64,000 nucleotides of DNA, taken from Myxococcales bacterium. GTDB taxonomy: Bacteria; Myxococcota_A; Polyangia; Polyangiales; Polyangiaceae. A program made the position numbers and the translations under genes. Below are positions 48,263 through 58,169 of this stretch, in pieces. Position 1 is the first letter of the stretch. Each line of letters starts with the position of its first letter. The notes under the pieces were generated by a model. The model was not told the origin of the DNA, made no database searches, and worked only from the letters and a program-made list of their open reading frames with translations. The stretch lies in the NCBI GenBank assembly GCA_043747615.1, contig JAYTOU010000005.1, forward strand, positions 24,911-88,910. Direction: 5' to 3'.

Positions 48263-48375
48263 GTCACGAGTGTAGCGATGGGGGAGCAGAAGTACCTCGA
48301 GTTCTATCGGATCGACCCGCAAGTCGCCCTACAAGTTGGCCCCGAGCGCAGCGCGCTGATACCGCATTTGATTCG

Positions 48376-50550
48376 ATGGACCCGCTCGTCAAAGTTTCGC
48401 TCGGGGTTCGCAAGCTCGTGCGAAATGCACACGGCTTGGGCGTAGCGTGTGTGCTTGCCGCCTACGTTATTTTGGGGGGCGCGACGGCCGAGGTCGGTGC
48501 CGTGTCCGTTGGCGCCCTCGTTCTATGGAGCGTTTTCATCGCCTCACGCGTTCGCACGAAGCTCTCCCACACCGGTGAGGCCCCGCTTCGTACGGATCTC
48601 GAGCTCGGGGCGCTCCTGGCTATCGGCCTCGACGCCGCGCTGGTTCGCTTCGAGGGAACGCTCAGTGGCTCGCTCTCTCCCGCGGTGTACGTGCTCGTCG
48701 CGCTGGTTGCGGCCTTCGCCCGTCCGGGCGGGGGTCTTCTCGTCGTGGTGTGGGTCGTTGTTCTCGAGGCGCTGATCCGCCGCTTCACGCTCCACGAGAT
48801 GAGCCTCGACTCTCTCATTCCGCACGCGGCGTTCGTGGCCGCCTTCGCCGTTCTCAACCTGGCGTTTCTTCGCGCCGAAGTCGCGCGTATCCGGGCCTCC
48901 GCCCACGCGCGCGTCGAGGGCGAGCTCCACCGCCTGAAGGAAGACGCCCGGCGCTACCGGCTCCTCGGGGCTGGAGACGCGGGGCACGTCGAACGGAGCG
49001 AAGATCGCCTGGCGCGCTCGAGCGTAGAGGAGATCCACCAATCCGTGCACTATGCACTCGAGCTCCTTCGTCGCTCTCTCGGACTCCACACCGCCGTTCT
49101 CCTCTGGTTGAACGACAGCGGCACTCACCTCAAGATCAGCGAGCTGTCGACCGAGTCGGACGACATACACGACGCACCCTTCGCCGCAGGTGACGGAGTG
49201 CTCGGCGCGGTAATGGCCCGCCGAGAGCGGGTGAGTCTCACCAACCTCAAGCCCTCCTACAAGGTTCCCTACTACGCCTCGGGGTGCCCGGTGCGCGTGC
49301 TGGCGGCGATCCCCGTCCTCGACGACTCGGTCAAGGGGGACACCAAGACCCTCCGCGGCATCCTGGCCATCGATCGCGCCGAAAATAAGCCATTCACGCC
49401 GCACGAAGAGGAGCTCGCGGCCCAGGCGGCACGCTATTGCCTGCGCGCGATCCAGAACGAGCGCGTCTTCGTGCAGCTCGAACGCGCGAAGGTGGAGCAG
49501 GGGAAGCTCTATCGTGCGGCGCAGGCCCTCGGCGCGGCGCTCAGCGAAAAAGAAGTGCTCGAAGCGGGCGTACGCGCAGCGCGGGAGATCGCGAGCTTCG
49601 ATCTCGCCGCGGTCACCACCTATGATCCGGTGACGAAGACCCATGAGGTCTGTGCTGCAACGAGCGCCAAAGGAGAGATCGACGATCTCGTCGGTGCGCG
49701 CTTCGCCCACAACGCGGGGCTCGTGTCGATGGTAGTGCAGAATCGCTTTCCACTTCCGTACCGCGGGGAATACGACGCCGCGCATCAGGTCGTTCTCACC
49801 CGGCGCTACCCGTGGCCGAAGCTGCCATCGCTCCTCGTCCTTCCGCTCACGCTCCACGATCGCCCGCTCGGGACGCTCATTCTCGGCGCCCGCCGTCGCC
49901 ACGCTTTCGGCGACTCGGTGCGCCCCACGCTGGAGGTGCTGGCAAGCCATCTCGCGGTGAGCCTCTCGAACGCGCGCATGGTTCACAAGCTCGAGACGAT
50001 GGCCACCACGGACGGCATGACAGGGCTCCTCAACAAGCGCGCGATGCTCGACGCCGCCGGTGCAAAGGTGGCGGCTGCCGTGCGGTTTGGCCGCAAACTA
50101 TCGGTCCTCATTTGCGACATCGATTTTTTCAAGAAGGTGAACGACACCTACGGTCACGACGTCGGCGACGTCGTCATCCGCGGGCTGGGAGAGATCTTGA
50201 AGCGTCAGAAGCGGACCACCGATGTCGTCGCACGCTTCGGTGGCGAAGAGTTCGTCGTGCTCTGCGAGGAGACGGACGAAAAAGGAGCCATGCTTCTCGC
50301 CGAGCGAATCCGCGAAGAGCTTGCGGCCACCTCGTTCCACAGCGCCGGGGTCGCCTTCAAGGTGACGTGCTCGGTTGGCTTCGCAACGTTCGCGGTTGGA
50401 GCGAACGGCAACGCCGAGCTAGGCAAAGACTGGGATTCGCTCTTCAAAGCCGCCGACGAAGCGCTCTACGTCTCCAAGCGCTCCGGTCGCAACCGCTCCA
50501 CTGCGTTTACGCGCAGCCCCGCGAGCCAGCGCGTGAAGGTCGCCGGCTAA
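48376..50550 (+). CDS. Membrane-bound diguanylate cyclase (TM-GAF-GAF-GGDEF)
   Basis: N-terminal TM helices, two GAF-like regions, TDGMTGLLN, DIDFFKKVNDTYGH, RxxD I-site, GGEEF, ADEALY.SK..GRN. Confidence 0.93.
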   Translation: MDPLVKVSLGVRKLVRNAHGLGVACVLAAYVILGGATAEVGAVSVGALVLWSVFIASRVRTKLSHTGEAPLRTDLELGALLAIGLDAALVRFEGTLSGSLSPAVYVLVALVAAFARPGGGLLVVVWVVVLEALIRRFTLHEMSLDSLIPHAAFVAAFAVLNLAFLRAEVARIRASAHARVEGELHRLKEDARRYRLLGAGDAGHVERSEDRLARSSVEEIHQSVHYALELLRRSLGLHTAVLLWLNDSGTHLKISELSTESDDIHDAPFAAGDGVLGAVMARRERVSLTNLKPSYKVPYYASGCPVRVLAAIPVLDDSVKGDTKTLRGILAIDRAENKPFTPHEEELAAQAARYCLRAIQNERVFVQLERAKVEQGKLYRAAQALGAALSEKEVLEAGVRAAREIASFDLAAVTTYDPVTKTHEVCAATSAKGEIDDLVGARFAHNAGLVSMVVQNRFPLPYRGEYDAAHQVVLTRRYPWPKLPSLLVLPLTLHDRPLGTLILGARRRHAFGDSVRPTLEVLASHLAVSLSNARMVHKLETMATTDGMTGLLNKRAMLDAAGAKVAAAVRFGRKLSVLICDIDFFKKVNDTYGHDVGDVVIRGLGEILKRQKRTTDVVARFGGEEFVVLCEETDEKGAMLLAERIREELAATSFHSAGVAFKVTCSVGFATFAVGANGNAELGKDWDSLFKAADEALYVSKRSGRNRSTAFTRSPASQRVKVAG

Positions 50551-50605
50551 CCCAAGCGTCGTGAGTCGCGTCGTGGTGAGTCCAATCACGCGACCTGACA
50601 GCCGA

Positions 50606-51031
50606 TCAGCGTTTGCGCGGTGAGAGCGCGCATTTTCCTTTCAGGCAGCCGCACGCGTTGGCGTCGGCGCTCGCGCAGTTCATGAGCATCGTGCACATGT
50701 CTCCGGGCTTTCGCGCGAGGGCCTTGGACTTCGCGACGCACGCCTCGGCGTGGCATGGCGTGGACGGGGCGCAGTCGGCGTCGGCGCTGCACGCGTCTTC
50801 GCTGACGGCGGGCTCGCACAGACTGCATCCGCAAAGTTTCGCTTTTGGAGAGGCGCTGGAGCCGGCAGGAGGCGGCATCGCTGCGTCGATGGGCTCCATG
50901 TGAGCGGCCGGCTCGGAGCCCGCGCTGGCAGCGGGCATCGTCATCGTCGTCGCGGGCGGGGGAGGCGGCGAGCCGCCGCATGCCGCGAAGGTGAGAGCGA
51001 CTGCAAATCCAGGTCCGAAAAAAACTCGCAT
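50606..51031 (-). CDS. Small Cys-rich lipoprotein (eight-cysteine-cluster-like domain)
   Basis: Lipobox FAAC; C..DADC.....CH...C...CT....C......CGC..GKC. Confidence 0.65.
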   Translation of the reverse strand: MRVFFGPGFAVALTFAACGGSPPPPPATTMTMPAASAGSEPAAHMEPIDAAMPPPAGSSASPKAKLCGCSLCEPAVSEDACSADADCAPSTPCHAEACVAKSKALARKPGDMCTMLMNCASADANACGCLKGKCALSPRKR

Positions 51032-51101
51032 CGTGACGGATCCTCTCGAAGGTCGTGTGGGCGTGCTCGACATGGGCGCCGCCCGTGCGCAGAATGGAGG
51101 C

Positions 51102-51392
51102 ATGGCGGACGAGAAGAAACCTGATCCGGTCGACGACCTCAAAAAAGGTCTCGGCCTCCTGTTTCGAGCGGCAAGAACGGCCGTGGACGAATTGCCCACC
51201 GGGAAGCTCGAGGAGGCGGTGAAGAGCGGTGCGCGCGAAGTCGGGCGAGCGATCGAGAACGTCACCCAGACGATCGACAAAGAGCTCTTCCACAAAAAGT
51301 CGGCGCCGCCTGCAGCAGATGCAAAGTCCGCGGACGCAAAGCCCGTGGACGCAAAGCCAGAAGAGAAGAAGGACGAGTCAGCGAAGCCCTAA
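51102..51392 (+). CDS. Small charged hypothetical protein
   Basis: Amphipathic helical ORF with coding-like codon bias (DDLKKGLGLLFRAA). Confidence 0.6.
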   Translation: MADEKKPDPVDDLKKGLGLLFRAARTAVDELPTGKLEEAVKSGAREVGRAIENVTQTIDKELFHKKSAPPAADAKSADAKPVDAKPEEKKDESAKP

Positions 51393-52066
51393 GTCGGTCG
51401 CAGTCGTTGCATCACGCTGCGGTTGTAGACGTAGCGAACCCCGCCGTGATCGGTAAAAGTCACGCGATCGTGCGGGCGTTCGACGAGAAGGAGGCGCTGA
51501 TCCATGCCGACCTGCCCGACGGGAACGACCAGACGATCGCCCACGGCCAGCGCCGAAATCCACGCAGGTGGGATCGGGGCCACGGCAAACGTGCACACGA
51601 CTTTTCGAGGATGGCTTCCCCACCGTTCCGCAGATTGCGTCGCGTCCATCCGGCTCACGACGACGTTGGGACGATCTGCAAGCAGGCGCGCGGACCACGC
51701 GGCAAGGGTCTGGTCGATCTCAAACGTGGCGACGCTTCCTTGCTCACCAACGATGTACGAAGCGAGCGCGGCTCCATAGCCCGAGCCGGTCCCGAGCTCC
51801 ACGAGCGCATCGCCCTGTTTCAGATCGAGAAGGCGAAACGAGAGTAAATAAGCGTGGGGCGCGCTGATCGTGGCGTCGCCCGTATCGTCGAGCGGCAGGG
51901 GGACGTCCTCCTCACTCTCAGCGAGATCGCACGGGCGCACGAAGCGCTCCCGCGGCACGTCGAGGAGCGCGCTCAGGTGGAGGGGAGCAAAAGGGCCAAG
52001 ACGGCCTTCGACGTTGGCGACGAGGCGGGCGCGCCGCGAACGAAAATATGCACTATCGGAAAACAT
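51389..52066 (-). CDS. pcm: Protein-L-isoaspartate O-methyltransferase
   Basis: VPRERFV, TISAPH, ELGTGSGY, GDRLVVPVG, VRYV. Confidence 0.85.
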   Translation of the reverse strand: MFSDSAYFRSRRARLVANVEGRLGPFAPLHLSALLDVPRERFVRPCDLAESEEDVPLPLDDTGDATISAPHAYLLSFRLLDLKQGDALVELGTGSGYGAALASYIVGEQGSVATFEIDQTLAAWSARLLADRPNVVVSRMDATQSAERWGSHPRKVVCTFAVAPIPPAWISALAVGDRLVVPVGQVGMDQRLLLVERPHDRVTFTDHGGVRYVYNRSVMQRLRPT

Positions 52067-52123
52067 GCCGCCTCATGCGAGAGTAGGAGGACTGCCGCGT
52101 TTCGGGGCAGCGCACTTCGTAGA

Positions 52124-53101
52124 ATGGCACACTCCACACGATCGCCAGAAAAACTCCCGTCCGCATTGAGCTTCGCGATTCGCCTTGGAAAGTGCCTCCG
52201 CGAGCACAACGCCTTCACAACGGCTGCGGCGATGGCGTTCAATTTTTTTCTGAGCTTCATCCCCCTCCTTATTCTCGCGGGCTTCGCGCTCGGTCAGCTC
52301 GTGCGTCGGAGAGGGATCGACACTCTGATGGAACCGTTTCTCGACGCGCTCCCGATCGCCGCCGTGCAGCTCGTTCGCCAGCAGCTCGTGGGGCTCGCGG
52401 GCTCGGGCTCAGCGCCGGTCGCACCACTGAGCGTGATCGGATTCTTGATGGTGGCTTCCACGGGGACGCACCACCTGATGGACGTCTTCGAAGTCGCGGT
52501 GGGAGCACGGAGGCGCGCCTGGTGGAAGCAGCGAGTGTTTGCGCTCGTGTGGCTGCTCTCGATGATGGGGGTGCTCTCGATTGCCGCGTGGGGTCTCCTC
52601 GGTGCCGATGCCGCGCTTCATCGCGGGGATGGAACCGACCGACCGGCGATGGCAGCGTCCGCCAGCGCACCCACGCCGCCGCCCGCGGTGTCCAGCCGTT
52701 CAAAGGGCAAAGCCACGACCGAGAGCACGGTCGTCCCCAAGGCCGCTGCCTTCAAGCATCGACCATTTTCCATCAAGCACGCGTTTTGGGAAAAGGCGAT
52801 CGTCGTCGTGACGATCCTCACCATCCTCCTCGCGGGGCTCGCCGTTCTCTATCGCTTCGCGGTGCAGCACCCGTTAGGGGTCAAGCGGCGCGCATGGCCG
52901 GGAGCTGTGCTCGCTCTCGCGGCGGGGTGCGTCGTGTCGTACGGATTCAGCATGTACGCGGCGACCCTGGCCTCCTACACCGACTACTATGGGAGCCTTG
53001 CCGCTGTCGCCGTGGTCCTCGTTTGGCTTTACCTGACGAGTCTTTCCTTGTTGCTCGGCGCGGAGTTGAACGCGCAGCTCGAAGGAGTCCGCGTCCTCTG
53101 A
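52124..53101 (+). CDS. YihY/virulence factor BrkB family membrane protein
   Basis: AAAMAF.FFLSFIP, WPGA, YGSL..V...LVWLY....LLLGAELNA. Confidence 0.9.
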   Translation: MAHSTRSPEKLPSALSFAIRLGKCLREHNAFTTAAAMAFNFFLSFIPLLILAGFALGQLVRRRGIDTLMEPFLDALPIAAVQLVRQQLVGLAGSGSAPVAPLSVIGFLMVASTGTHHLMDVFEVAVGARRRAWWKQRVFALVWLLSMMGVLSIAAWGLLGADAALHRGDGTDRPAMAASASAPTPPPAVSSRSKGKATTESTVVPKAAAFKHRPFSIKHAFWEKAIVVVTILTILLAGLAVLYRFAVQHPLGVKRRAWPGAVLALAAGCVVSYGFSMYAATLASYTDYYGSLAAVAVVLVWLYLTSLSLLLGAELNAQLEGVRVL

Positions 53102-53220
53102 TGTCGGTCACCGTCCTACGACGCTGCGCGCGCGCATGAACTCGTCGGTTCGCGCGCAAGAGCGAAAGCGAAAATGGAGGAACGACTGCAAGAGATCATG
53201 AAGGCTGGGCGTGAAGTAAA

Positions 53221-54120
53221 ATGCAGAACGAGAAGTCGGCGAATCGTTTTCTTGCGACGATCGCATTTGCGGCAGCAGCCACTGCAACCCTGGGATCCGG
53301 TTGCGTACACGGCACCACAGTGAGCAGCCAACGCGCCTTCGATCAAGCGACGCTTGGCGTCGTCGCCGTTGCCACGATGCACGACGGAAATCCGACCAAC
53401 GTCACGCTATGCAGCGGAGCGCTCGTCGCCCCAAACCTCGTTTTAACGGCCCGTCACTGCGTTTCTCGGGCGATCACCACCATGCCATCGTGTGACTCCG
53501 ATGGTCGTTCGCACAACGGAGCACACCTCGGTGACGACGCGGATCCCTCCTCGATCTCCATTTACGTGGGCGCCCATGTCCAAGTGGATCGCGACGTCCC
53601 GCGCGCACACGCTCTTCGCACATTGCATCCAACGGGACACGTGCTCTGCGACGCCGACGTCGCCTATCTGATTCTCGATCGCCCGCTCCCCGACCTTGCC
53701 GTCATTCCGATCCGCCTTCACGACTCCGTTCAGTCCGGCGACGAGGTCTTGCCGATCGGTTTCGGCGGCGGCACCACGAACGTGATCGGAGAACGCCGGT
53801 CGCGCGCCAAGAGCGCCGTCCTTGCCGTCGGCCCCACCGCCAACGCCGATACGGGCGCAGTCCTTGGTCCTCGAGAATTCGAGGTCGACGGCGCCACGTG
53901 CCGCGGTGACTCCGGCGGACCAGCCCTCGACGCGCGCACCGGCGAGATCGTCGGCGTCGTCTCCCGCGGCGGCAGCTGCTCCGCACGCGGCAACCACGTC
54001 TACACGCGGGTCGATGCGTACGCGCGCCTCGCGGCCATTGCCTTCGGCGCCGCCCAGCGCGCGACGACCGACATGGCGATCAACACAGTCAGCACCGCCA
54101 GCACCGTCAACGCGAAGTAA
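53221..54120 (+). CDS. S1 (trypsin-like) serine protease lipoprotein
   Basis: CSGALVAPNLVLTARHC, DVA, CRGDSGGP, GVVSRG, YTRV. Confidence 0.9.
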   Translation: MQNEKSANRFLATIAFAAAATATLGSGCVHGTTVSSQRAFDQATLGVVAVATMHDGNPTNVTLCSGALVAPNLVLTARHCVSRAITTMPSCDSDGRSHNGAHLGDDADPSSISIYVGAHVQVDRDVPRAHALRTLHPTGHVLCDADVAYLILDRPLPDLAVIPIRLHDSVQSGDEVLPIGFGGGTTNVIGERRSRAKSAVLAVGPTANADTGAVLGPREFEVDGATCRGDSGGPALDARTGEIVGVVSRGGSCSARGNHVYTRVDAYARLAAIAFGAAQRATTDMAINTVSTASTVNAK

Positions 54121-54139
54121 GCAACGCGAAGTAAGCAAC
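54108..54139 (+). repeat. 14-bp tandem duplication spanning the protease stop codon
   Basis: CAACGCGAAGTAAG CAACGCGAAGTAAG CAAC. Confidence 0.9.
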
Positions 54140-54157
54140 CACGCGTACGCGCTCGGC

Positions 54158-54979
54158 CTAGCCCTTTTTCGTGGGCATCGGGAGCTTCAGCTCCTTCATA
54201 ACGGCCTGAAGATCTTCCCAGGCTTGCTTCTTCGCCTCTGCCTGCTGCTCGCTCGGACGAAGCAGGTACGACGGATGGTACGTGGGCATTAGCAGGGTGG
54301 TTCCCTTGTAGAGCTTCCACTGCCCGCGGAGCTTGGTGATCCCGACCTTCGTATCGAGGAGAGCGCCTGCAGCGGTGTTGCCGAGGCCTACGATCACCTT
54401 CGGGCTCACGAGGGCGAGCTGCTCATGGAGGTACGGAATACAGGTCGCGGTCTCCTCGGAAGTGGGTTTCCGATTCTCCGGCGGGCGACACTTGATGATG
54501 TTGCAAATGTAGACATCGAGCTCGGGCCGGAGCCCCATCGCCGAAATCATTTTATCGAGGAGCTGCCCCGCACGTCCGACGAACGGCGTTCCTTGGTCGT
54601 CCTCGTCGGCCCCCGGAGCCTCGCCCACGAAACAAAGTGCGGCCTGCGGATTTCCTCTGAAAAATACGGTTTTCTTGCGCGATTTATGCAGAGGGCACTT
54701 CGTACAAACCGCGACCTCCGCGGCCAGGCCCTGCAGACGAACGAGCGGAGTATCCGCCGAACGCCTGATCACGGGAGCGGCTGCGGGTGCCGATTTTTCA
54801 GGTGCGCTCGGTGTCTGCTCCGCGCTCGGTGTCTGCTCTACGCTCGGTGTGGCGGCCGCGACGGAGCGCCCTCTGCCGCGCGGAATTCCTCGCGCCCCGG
54901 TGTCCTCTTGCCATTCGAGGTACGCGCGGACGGAGGCGGCTATGCGCGCGAGCTCCCGACGATTGGCATCCTCCGACAT
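54158..54979 (-). CDS. udg: Family-4 uracil-DNA glycosylase (4Fe-4S)
   Basis: CTKCPL, VGEAPG..ED..G.PFVG.AG.LL, NIIKCRPP.NR.P, C..YL, LG, PTYHPSYLLR. Confidence 0.93.
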   Translation of the reverse strand: MSEDANRRELARIAASVRAYLEWQEDTGARGIPRGRGRSVAAATPSVEQTPSAEQTPSAPEKSAPAAAPVIRRSADTPLVRLQGLAAEVAVCTKCPLHKSRKKTVFFRGNPQAALCFVGEAPGADEDDQGTPFVGRAGQLLDKMISAMGLRPELDVYICNIIKCRPPENRKPTSEETATCIPYLHEQLALVSPKVIVGLGNTAAGALLDTKVGITKLRGQWKLYKGTTLLMPTYHPSYLLRPSEQQAEAKKQAWEDLQAVMKELKLPMPTKKG

Positions 54980-54990
54980 GGTCAGCAGCC

Positions 54991-55890
54991 TCAGCGTTCG
55001 AAGTGAATCTTCAGTACCTTCGTCGTTCCAACGATAAGATTGCCGTCGTGGTCGAGCGCTGGCGCAAAGGCTTCGCGCATGGCGCACCGTTGGGCCTCGC
55101 GCGCAAACCCGTGACCGGGATCGCTGAGCACGCTGACCTTCGACGCCTTGCCGTTCGTGCCAACCGCGACTTGAACTTTCACGAAAGCTTCGTCGATTTG
55201 CTCGGCCTCGGCCTCGGCAGGCCACGGACATTTCCACTCGCTCGCGCCGCTGAGGCCCGCGCCGCGTGATCGATCCGGACCGGCCGCAATGACGGGAGGG
55301 GCGGTGGTACCGACGCCGCCCGGAACTCCGGTTGCGCGAGCCGCGGGGTTGTAGACCGCGCCTTTTCCCGTGCCGTTCGCCTGCGTCACACCGCCTGCGT
55401 ACGAGGTTCCGCTGCCCGAGACGAAGCCGCCGCCGGTGAGGTCCACGGGGTCGTTCGGGTTGGGCTCGGCCGTGAGGACCTTGCCGGCCTGGGCCGCTTC
55501 CGGGGGCGGCTCCTCGGGCGCGGTCGGCGCCTTCGCGAGCGGCGGCGGAGCGGGAGCTTGCTCTTGGGGCTGCTCGGGAGGCGGCGGCGGAACGTCGAGC
55601 GGCTTCGCGACCTCGAGGTCGTACTCGTCGATGAGGCGCTCTGCGATCTTCCCTTGAACCACCTTCGACCAACGGAGCAGCTCGATCGACATGTACGCCG
55701 TGCGCGCGACCGCGGTGCCGTGGGCGAGCACGGCGATGATCAGAGCGACGGTGATCGCCGTGGTTGCCCTCGCGCCGAGATCGAGGACCCGCTCGAGGGG
55801 ATCCCGTGACAACGTGCGATGCGCCGCGTGCGTATCGTGACTAAATCCGTTGGTCCCCGCCACGGCAGTTGAAGAAGGACGGCGTGTCAT
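54991..55890 (-). CDS. tonB: TonB-family energy transducer
   Basis: N-terminal TM with His, Pro-rich linker, C-terminal TonB domain (V.V...G......DPG.GF...A). Confidence 0.8.
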   Translation of the reverse strand: MTRRPSSTAVAGTNGFSHDTHAAHRTLSRDPLERVLDLGARATTAITVALIIAVLAHGTAVARTAYMSIELLRWSKVVQGKIAERLIDEYDLEVAKPLDVPPPPPEQPQEQAPAPPPLAKAPTAPEEPPPEAAQAGKVLTAEPNPNDPVDLTGGGFVSGSGTSYAGGVTQANGTGKGAVYNPAARATGVPGGVGTTAPPVIAAGPDRSRGAGLSGASEWKCPWPAEAEAEQIDEAFVKVQVAVGTNGKASKVSVLSDPGHGFAREAQRCAMREAFAPALDHDGNLIVGTTKVLKIHFER

Positions 55891-55893
55891 CGC

Positions 55894-56334
55894 TCAAGGT
55901 TTCGGCGCCGGAACAGGAACCATCGCTGGAACCGGCGTGACGCCGAACGCGATCTTCGAAACCTGCGCCTGCTTGAGCAGGTCGAGAACGTGAATCACTC
56001 TGCCGTGCGGAACGGCGCTGTCAGCCTTGATTACCGCGCGGAGATCGTTGTTTTTGGTGTGGGCTTCGCGCGCGTACTGCAAGATCAGGTCGTCGCTCGC
56101 GATGGCCTTCGAGTCGACCTGCGTCGTTCCATCGGCAGCGAGGATGATGCTGAAGACCACCTGCACTTCGGTGCCCGTTGCGGCCTTGGGCAAATCGAGC
56201 GGCACGGATTGCGACACGATGATCTTCGCCGTCACCATGAAGATGATGAGGAGAACGAGGGTGATGTCGACGAGCGGGGTGACGTTGATCCCGACGATGG
56301 ACTCGTCGCCGCCGTCGTAGGCTCCGCCGGCCAT
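55894..56334 (-). CDS. exbD: ExbD/TolR biopolymer transport protein
   Basis: INVTPLVDITLVLLIIFMVTA, DLPKA, AD..V.HG.V..V.D. Confidence 0.92.
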   Translation of the reverse strand: MAGGAYDGGDESIVGINVTPLVDITLVLLIIFMVTAKIIVSQSVPLDLPKAATGTEVQVVFSIILAADGTTQVDSKAIASDDLILQYAREAHTKNNDLRAVIKADSAVPHGRVIHVLDLLKQAQVSKIAFGVTPVPAMVPVPAPKP

Positions 56335-56337
56335 GGC

Positions 56338-57102
56338 TTAGTTCGCCCCTTCTTCGTCCGTGTCGTTCGTGGAGCGCTTGGCCGGGGGCTCGCTCTTCTG
56401 ATTTCTGGGGAGCCTGTCCGCCGACGCAACCGCCGGGCGAACGCCGTTCGCTTTGAGGTGCGCCATGAGCACGTGGCCGAGCGCCTCGGTGTTCGAGAGC
56501 GTCGTCTTGACGATGCGCTGGAAGATGTTGAACGCGGCGACCGCGGGAATGGCGACGAGGAGCCCGACCGCCGTGGCCACCAGGGCTTCGGCAATGTTCG
56601 TCATGACTGCTTGGGGCGCGACTTGCGAGGCGGCCGCACCGGCGGCGCCAGCGACGGGCAGGGAATGCGCTTTACCGAGCTCCTCGAACGCTCCGACGAT
56701 GCCGATGACCGTTCCGAGAAGGCCGATGAACGGAGCGTTATTCCCGAGCGTTCCCAGGTACGCGAGGCGCTTCTCGAGCTTATTTCGCTGAAGTGCACTT
56801 GCCCCGGCCATCGCCTCTTGGGCGGCATCGGGCCCGAGATCCGCTTCGACGAGCCCAGCGACGACGACAGCCGCCTCCGCGCTCGGCGAGAGCTCGAGAC
56901 GCTTTCGTGCGCCTTCGAGATCCCCCGCTCGCAGCAGCCGCCCGAGCTCGCGCATCAGTGCCGGCAAGTCGTCGTGCAGCGACCAGTAGAGCCACGCTCG
57001 CTCCAGCATGACCGCGAGCGAGATCACGCTCAGGGCCAACATCAACCAAAGGACCCAACCGGCCCCGGCTCCCACCATCGCGCTTTTGATTCGCTCAATC
57101 AT
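56338..57102 (-). CDS. exbB: MotA/TolQ/ExbB proton channel protein
   Basis: LGTLG..APFIGLLGTV.GI..AF, IAEALVATA.GL.VAIPAV..FN. Confidence 0.92.
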   Translation of the reverse strand: MIERIKSAMVGAGAGWVLWLMLALSVISLAVMLERAWLYWSLHDDLPALMRELGRLLRAGDLEGARKRLELSPSAEAAVVVAGLVEADLGPDAAQEAMAGASALQRNKLEKRLAYLGTLGNNAPFIGLLGTVIGIVGAFEELGKAHSLPVAGAAGAAASQVAPQAVMTNIAEALVATAVGLLVAIPAVAAFNIFQRIVKTTLSNTEALGHVLMAHLKANGVRPAVASADRLPRNQKSEPPAKRSTNDTDEEGAN

Positions 57103-58165
57103 GAAATTCCTGCCCGTTAGGTCCGGGGTCGTTCAGTGCAAGGTCCCCGCTCGTGGGAACGGAATTGACTGGAGGGTCGCTTATACCCTCGATCGCGGAA
57201 GAGATGACCGTCGTCGCGTAGGCCCCTTTCGGTAGCACAAAGTAAACCCGGATGCTGTCGTCTTGTTCCCGCTCCGCTTTCAGTTCCTCGACCCAGAGTC
57301 GCAGAGCGCGCCGCGTCCCTTCGCCGATCGACTTCGTGAGCGACATGTCGACATCGTCGCCGAGCATTTCGGCTAAAACGCCCTGCTCCAGCGCGTACGG
57401 CTCGCCTTCGGGATCGCGCATTTTGAGTCCGAACATGGGCCCGGTGGCGGACACTTCGCCCCGCAGCGCGCGCTCTTGATCGGCCGGGACGTCGGTGCAG
57501 AGAAAGAGCCCGCCGGAGTCACATCGTTTGACCAGATCTCCCGCGAGGCACGTGGCCCACGTGCCGTTCGTCACCCTCCGCGCGAGCACTTCGTTGAACA
57601 TGGCTGACTGAAGGGATGACCACAGAAGGCGCTTCTGTCTTGGATCGCGCGGCGCGGCTTCTTTTCCGGAAAGCCACCTTCGCGCGCGGGCGGCGTTGTC
57701 TCCGGCGCGACCGAAGCGCTGCTCGCCGTAAGCGTTCGGGATCCCTTCGCGAGCGATGCGGACGAACGTTTCGAGGATGCCGTCGACCTGAGCGGGCGCG
57801 ATGTCCTTGATGAGAATGGCGAACCGGTTTCCGTGGAGATGCCCCGTCTTCAGCTTGTTGCCGTGGCGGCGGGCGTCGAGGACCGTGATCCCCTCGAGCG
57901 CGAGGCTCGCGACCTTCTCTTCCATTCCAGCTGAAAACGGGAACGAAATGGTCTGGGTGGTAACGGCTACTTTGTCCTTCAGCCCAGCGACGCCGACGTC
58001 CCGGACACGCACATCGAGCGCGCGCGCAAAACGCGATACGGCAACGTCGGTGGTGAGATCGCGTTTCGTGAAGCGCACGAAAAAGTGCTCGCCGTCGCCC
58101 GACGGCTCGTAAGCGGGCAATTCTTCGACGACGAAATCTTCGGGCACGTTCTTGATGGATGGCAT
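57095..58165 (-). CDS. truD: tRNA pseudouridine(13) synthase TruD
   Basis: PEDFVVEE, G.GEH, AGLKDK.AVT.Q, KL..GHL.GN.F, PN.YGEQRFG, S.QS..FN, LPKGAYAT. Confidence 0.95.
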   Translation of the reverse strand: MPSIKNVPEDFVVEELPAYEPSGDGEHFFVRFTKRDLTTDVAVSRFARALDVRVRDVGVAGLKDKVAVTTQTISFPFSAGMEEKVASLALEGITVLDARRHGNKLKTGHLHGNRFAILIKDIAPAQVDGILETFVRIAREGIPNAYGEQRFGRAGDNAARARRWLSGKEAAPRDPRQKRLLWSSLQSAMFNEVLARRVTNGTWATCLAGDLVKRCDSGGLFLCTDVPADQERALRGEVSATGPMFGLKMRDPEGEPYALEQGVLAEMLGDDVDMSLTKSIGEGTRRALRLWVEELKAEREQDDSIRVYFVLPKGAYATTVISSAIEGISDPPVNSVPTSGDLALNDPGPNGQEFHD

Positions 58166-58169
58166 CGGA

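Noticed and set aside
54805..54850. 18-bp repeats in the udg linker (EQTPSA x2)
   Set aside because: Ordinary low-complexity linker expansion.
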